NCBI GenBank assembly: GCA_043799545.1 | Contig: JAZDNO010000002.1 | Coordinates: forward strand, 32,001-96,000 | Reading direction: 5' to 3' | DNA: 64,000 nt | From: Methanobacteriota archaeon | GTDB taxonomy: Archaea; Thermoplasmatota; Thermoplasmata; SG8-5; DAIRED01 | Shown here: in pieces, positions 62,399 through 64,000 of the stretch | Numbering within the stretch: position 1 is the first letter of the stretch | How the letters are laid out: each line of letters opens with the position of its first letter | Made by a program: the position numbers and the translations under genes | Notes under the pieces: model-generated | What the model saw: only the letters and a program-made list of their open reading frames with translations | Told to the model about the DNA's origin: nothing | Databases searched by the model: none

Positions 62399-64000
62399 AT
62401 GGCCAAACGAAAAGGCAAGAAGAAAAGGCCGGTTCGGGGGGAAGAGGAGTTCTTCATCGTAGATGTTCCCGGCCAGTCCGCCGAGAATGGTTCGCCCAGC
62501 AGCGACAAGGTGGAGGCGGACCTCGACGCGCTGGAAGAGATGGCTTCGGACCCGGATTCGCTTGAAGGGTTGATGGACCAGCTGGTCGAAGAGGTCAGGA
62601 GCGCGTACCCGGAGCCGGAGGCGCCAATCGTCTCGGACGGTTCCGAGTACGGCACCCAAGGCGAGGCCTATGACGACGATATCGTTTTAAAGACCCTGAT
62701 CGAACTGGAGGGGGCGTACATCCAGGAGGTCGGCGGCTCCGAACAAGGGGAGCGCCCCGAAACCGCGAGCCTCACCAACGCCTCGCCAGAAGAGATGCGA
62801 AGCGAGGAGGAGCTCGAGGATGAAGCGGACGCATCCTCAGGCTACCGAGGAAAGGGCCTGACCAACGGTGTGAGGGGGCGCAGGAACGGTTTCACCAACG
62901 GCCGCGGACGCACGAACGGACTCACCAACGGCGTCAGAGGCCGGACCAATGGCCTGACCAACGGAACCGGCCGCACAAATGGCCGGGGAAGGACGAACGG
63001 CCTGACCAACGGTTCCGGTTACGGGCGCACGAACGGGCTTACCAACGGTGTCCGGGGGCGCACGAACGGCTTGACCAACGGGACCGGCCGCACAAACGGT
63101 TTCACCAACGGCTGGGGAAGGACAAACGGGTTGACGAACGGCGTGCACGCCGGCCACACGAACGGGTTGATAAACGGGACCGCTGGCCTGACCAACGGCT
63201 TGAGCCGCCCGCGCTTTGTGGGAGACCGCAGGCCCAAGAAGCGGTTGAAGAAAAAGCACAGGTACATCGTCACGATCGCACTTGTAATCGTTTGCATACT
63301 GATGCTTCCGGTTCTTTACGTTCTGATAGTGCCAGAGACGGAGCAGCAGCGACTTATCGAGGTCGACGGCGCTTTCGAAGATTGGGGGAAGGTGACCCTG
63401 TACGACGAGTCGTTGTCCATAGCCGACCCGGGCCTGGACATAATCGATTTCTCCATAGCGGCTGACCCGGACACGGTTTACGGCTACATCAGGACCCGCG
63501 GGGACATCATGGCCAGACCGCAGATAGACAGATTCTACGTCTTCATCGATTCGGATTCGAATCCCGCCACGGGCTACTCCATGGAGGGCCTGGGTGCGGA
63601 CTACGTTGTCGAGGCCAACGGCTGGAACGGAAGCGAGTTCTCGGTCGTGTCCCAGTCTTTCACCGGCGGCGACCAGCTCAACTGGAGCGCGTTCGGGAAT
63701 CCGAGGAGCGGGTACCTCAAAACCTCGGGAGCCAGAGTGGAGTTCGGTGTGAACCTCGATACGACGCTGACGCCCGGCGCATTCAGGGCGAAGTTCGCCA
63801 GCGCATCGACCGGAGGCGCGGGCAAGGTATGCGCCCCCACAATCGACGGCCTGAACGGCGCGCTCGTGATTCGCCAGATTCCCCAGGACACGAACGGCAT
63901 CGTCAACTCGGGCGGCCTGATGACCCTCGACGTCAGGGCCACGGGCAAGGATGTGAGCCTGAACGGCATCCATATGGAAAGCCTCGGCGCAACGCCTGCG
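62399..64000 (+). CDS. Type II membrane protein with an acidic N-terminus, a TNG-repeat tract and an extracellular domain (open at window end), missed by the ORF track
   Basis: Manual translation MAKRKGKKKRPVRGEEEFF... is open for 534 codons; TM helix YIVTIALVIVCILMLPVLYVLIV; extracellular IEVDGAFEDW...DIIDF...FIDSDSNPATGY. Confidence 0.85.
   Translation, partial: MAKRKGKKKRPVRGEEEFFIVDVPGQSAENGSPSSDKVEADLDALEEMASDPDSLEGLMDQLVEEVRSAYPEPEAPIVSDGSEYGTQGEAYDDDIVLKTLIELEGAYIQEVGGSEQGERPETASLTNASPEEMRSEEELEDEADASSGYRGKGLTNGVRGRRNGFTNGRGRTNGLTNGVRGRTNGLTNGTGRTNGRGRTNGLTNGSGYGRTNGLTNGVRGRTNGLTNGTGRTNGFTNGWGRTNGLTNGVHAGHTNGLINGTAGLTNGLSRPRFVGDRRPKKRLKKKHRYIVTIALVIVCILMLPVLYVLIVPETEQQRLIEVDGAFEDWGKVTLYDESLSIADPGLDIIDFSIAADPDTVYGYIRTRGDIMARPQIDRFYVFIDSDSNPATGYSMEGLGADYVVEANGWNGSEFSVVSQSFTGGDQLNWSAFGNPRSGYLKTSGARVEFGVNLDTTLTPGAFRAKFASASTGGAGKVCAPTIDGLNGALVIRQIPQDTNGIVNSGGLMTLDVRATGKDVSLNGIHMESLGATPA
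62855..63199 (+). repeat. Coding repeat tract, 19 copies of TNG (GRTNGLTNG-type units)
   Basis: Counted in the manual translation; synonymous codon variation between units. Confidence 0.9.

Noticed and set aside
44428-63973. Long shadow ORFs such as 46454-47725 +, 57718-59172 +, 60224-61525 - and 62837-63973 -
   Set aside because: Arg/Gly/Pro-rich frame-shifted or antisense readings of genes with strong third-position GC bias. The real gene at the right end is the + strand ORF from 62399, which the track omitted because it has no stop in the window.

Overview
Archaeal chromosome segment, most consistent with a GC-rich Thermoplasmatota lineage (inference from gene content, not a database hit). 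1-9.9 kb: the canonical archaeal L3-L4-L23-L2-S19-L22-S3-L29-SUI1-Rpp29-S17-L14-L24-S4e-L5-S14-S8-L6-L32e cluster (minus strand). Several proteins carry long charged low-complexity extensions, and S17 has an apparent frameshift. 10-21.8 kb: housekeeping and envelope genes (TrmI, candidate S-layer protein, ArsB/NhaD-type permease, CCA enzyme, orphan peptide-binding protein, nitroreductase). About 21.9-42.5 kb: a ~20.6 kb AT-richer integrative element inserted at the 3' end of an intron-containing tRNA-Trp gene. It carries an intact tyrosine integrase, a possible replication initiator, three winged-helix regulators, a TIR gene split by an IS200-type element, an IS110 remnant and a 3591-aa exported multidomain protein ending in a caspase-like (clan CD) peptidase. 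43-45.7 kb: tRNA-Arg followed by a compact operon of anchor-less MtrA, MtrH and core (MesA-like) methionine synthase, which reads as a three-part corrinoid-dependent methionine synthase built from methanogenesis parts. 45.7-60 kb: large C-terminally anchored surface proteins, one with two inserted phage-sheath-like (DUF3383-like) domains. 60-64 kb: a DUF4346-TPR-deaminase operon, a recoded duplication of the deaminase 3' end around a pseudoknot-like 105 bp insert, and a membrane protein with 19 TNG repeats that runs off the window.
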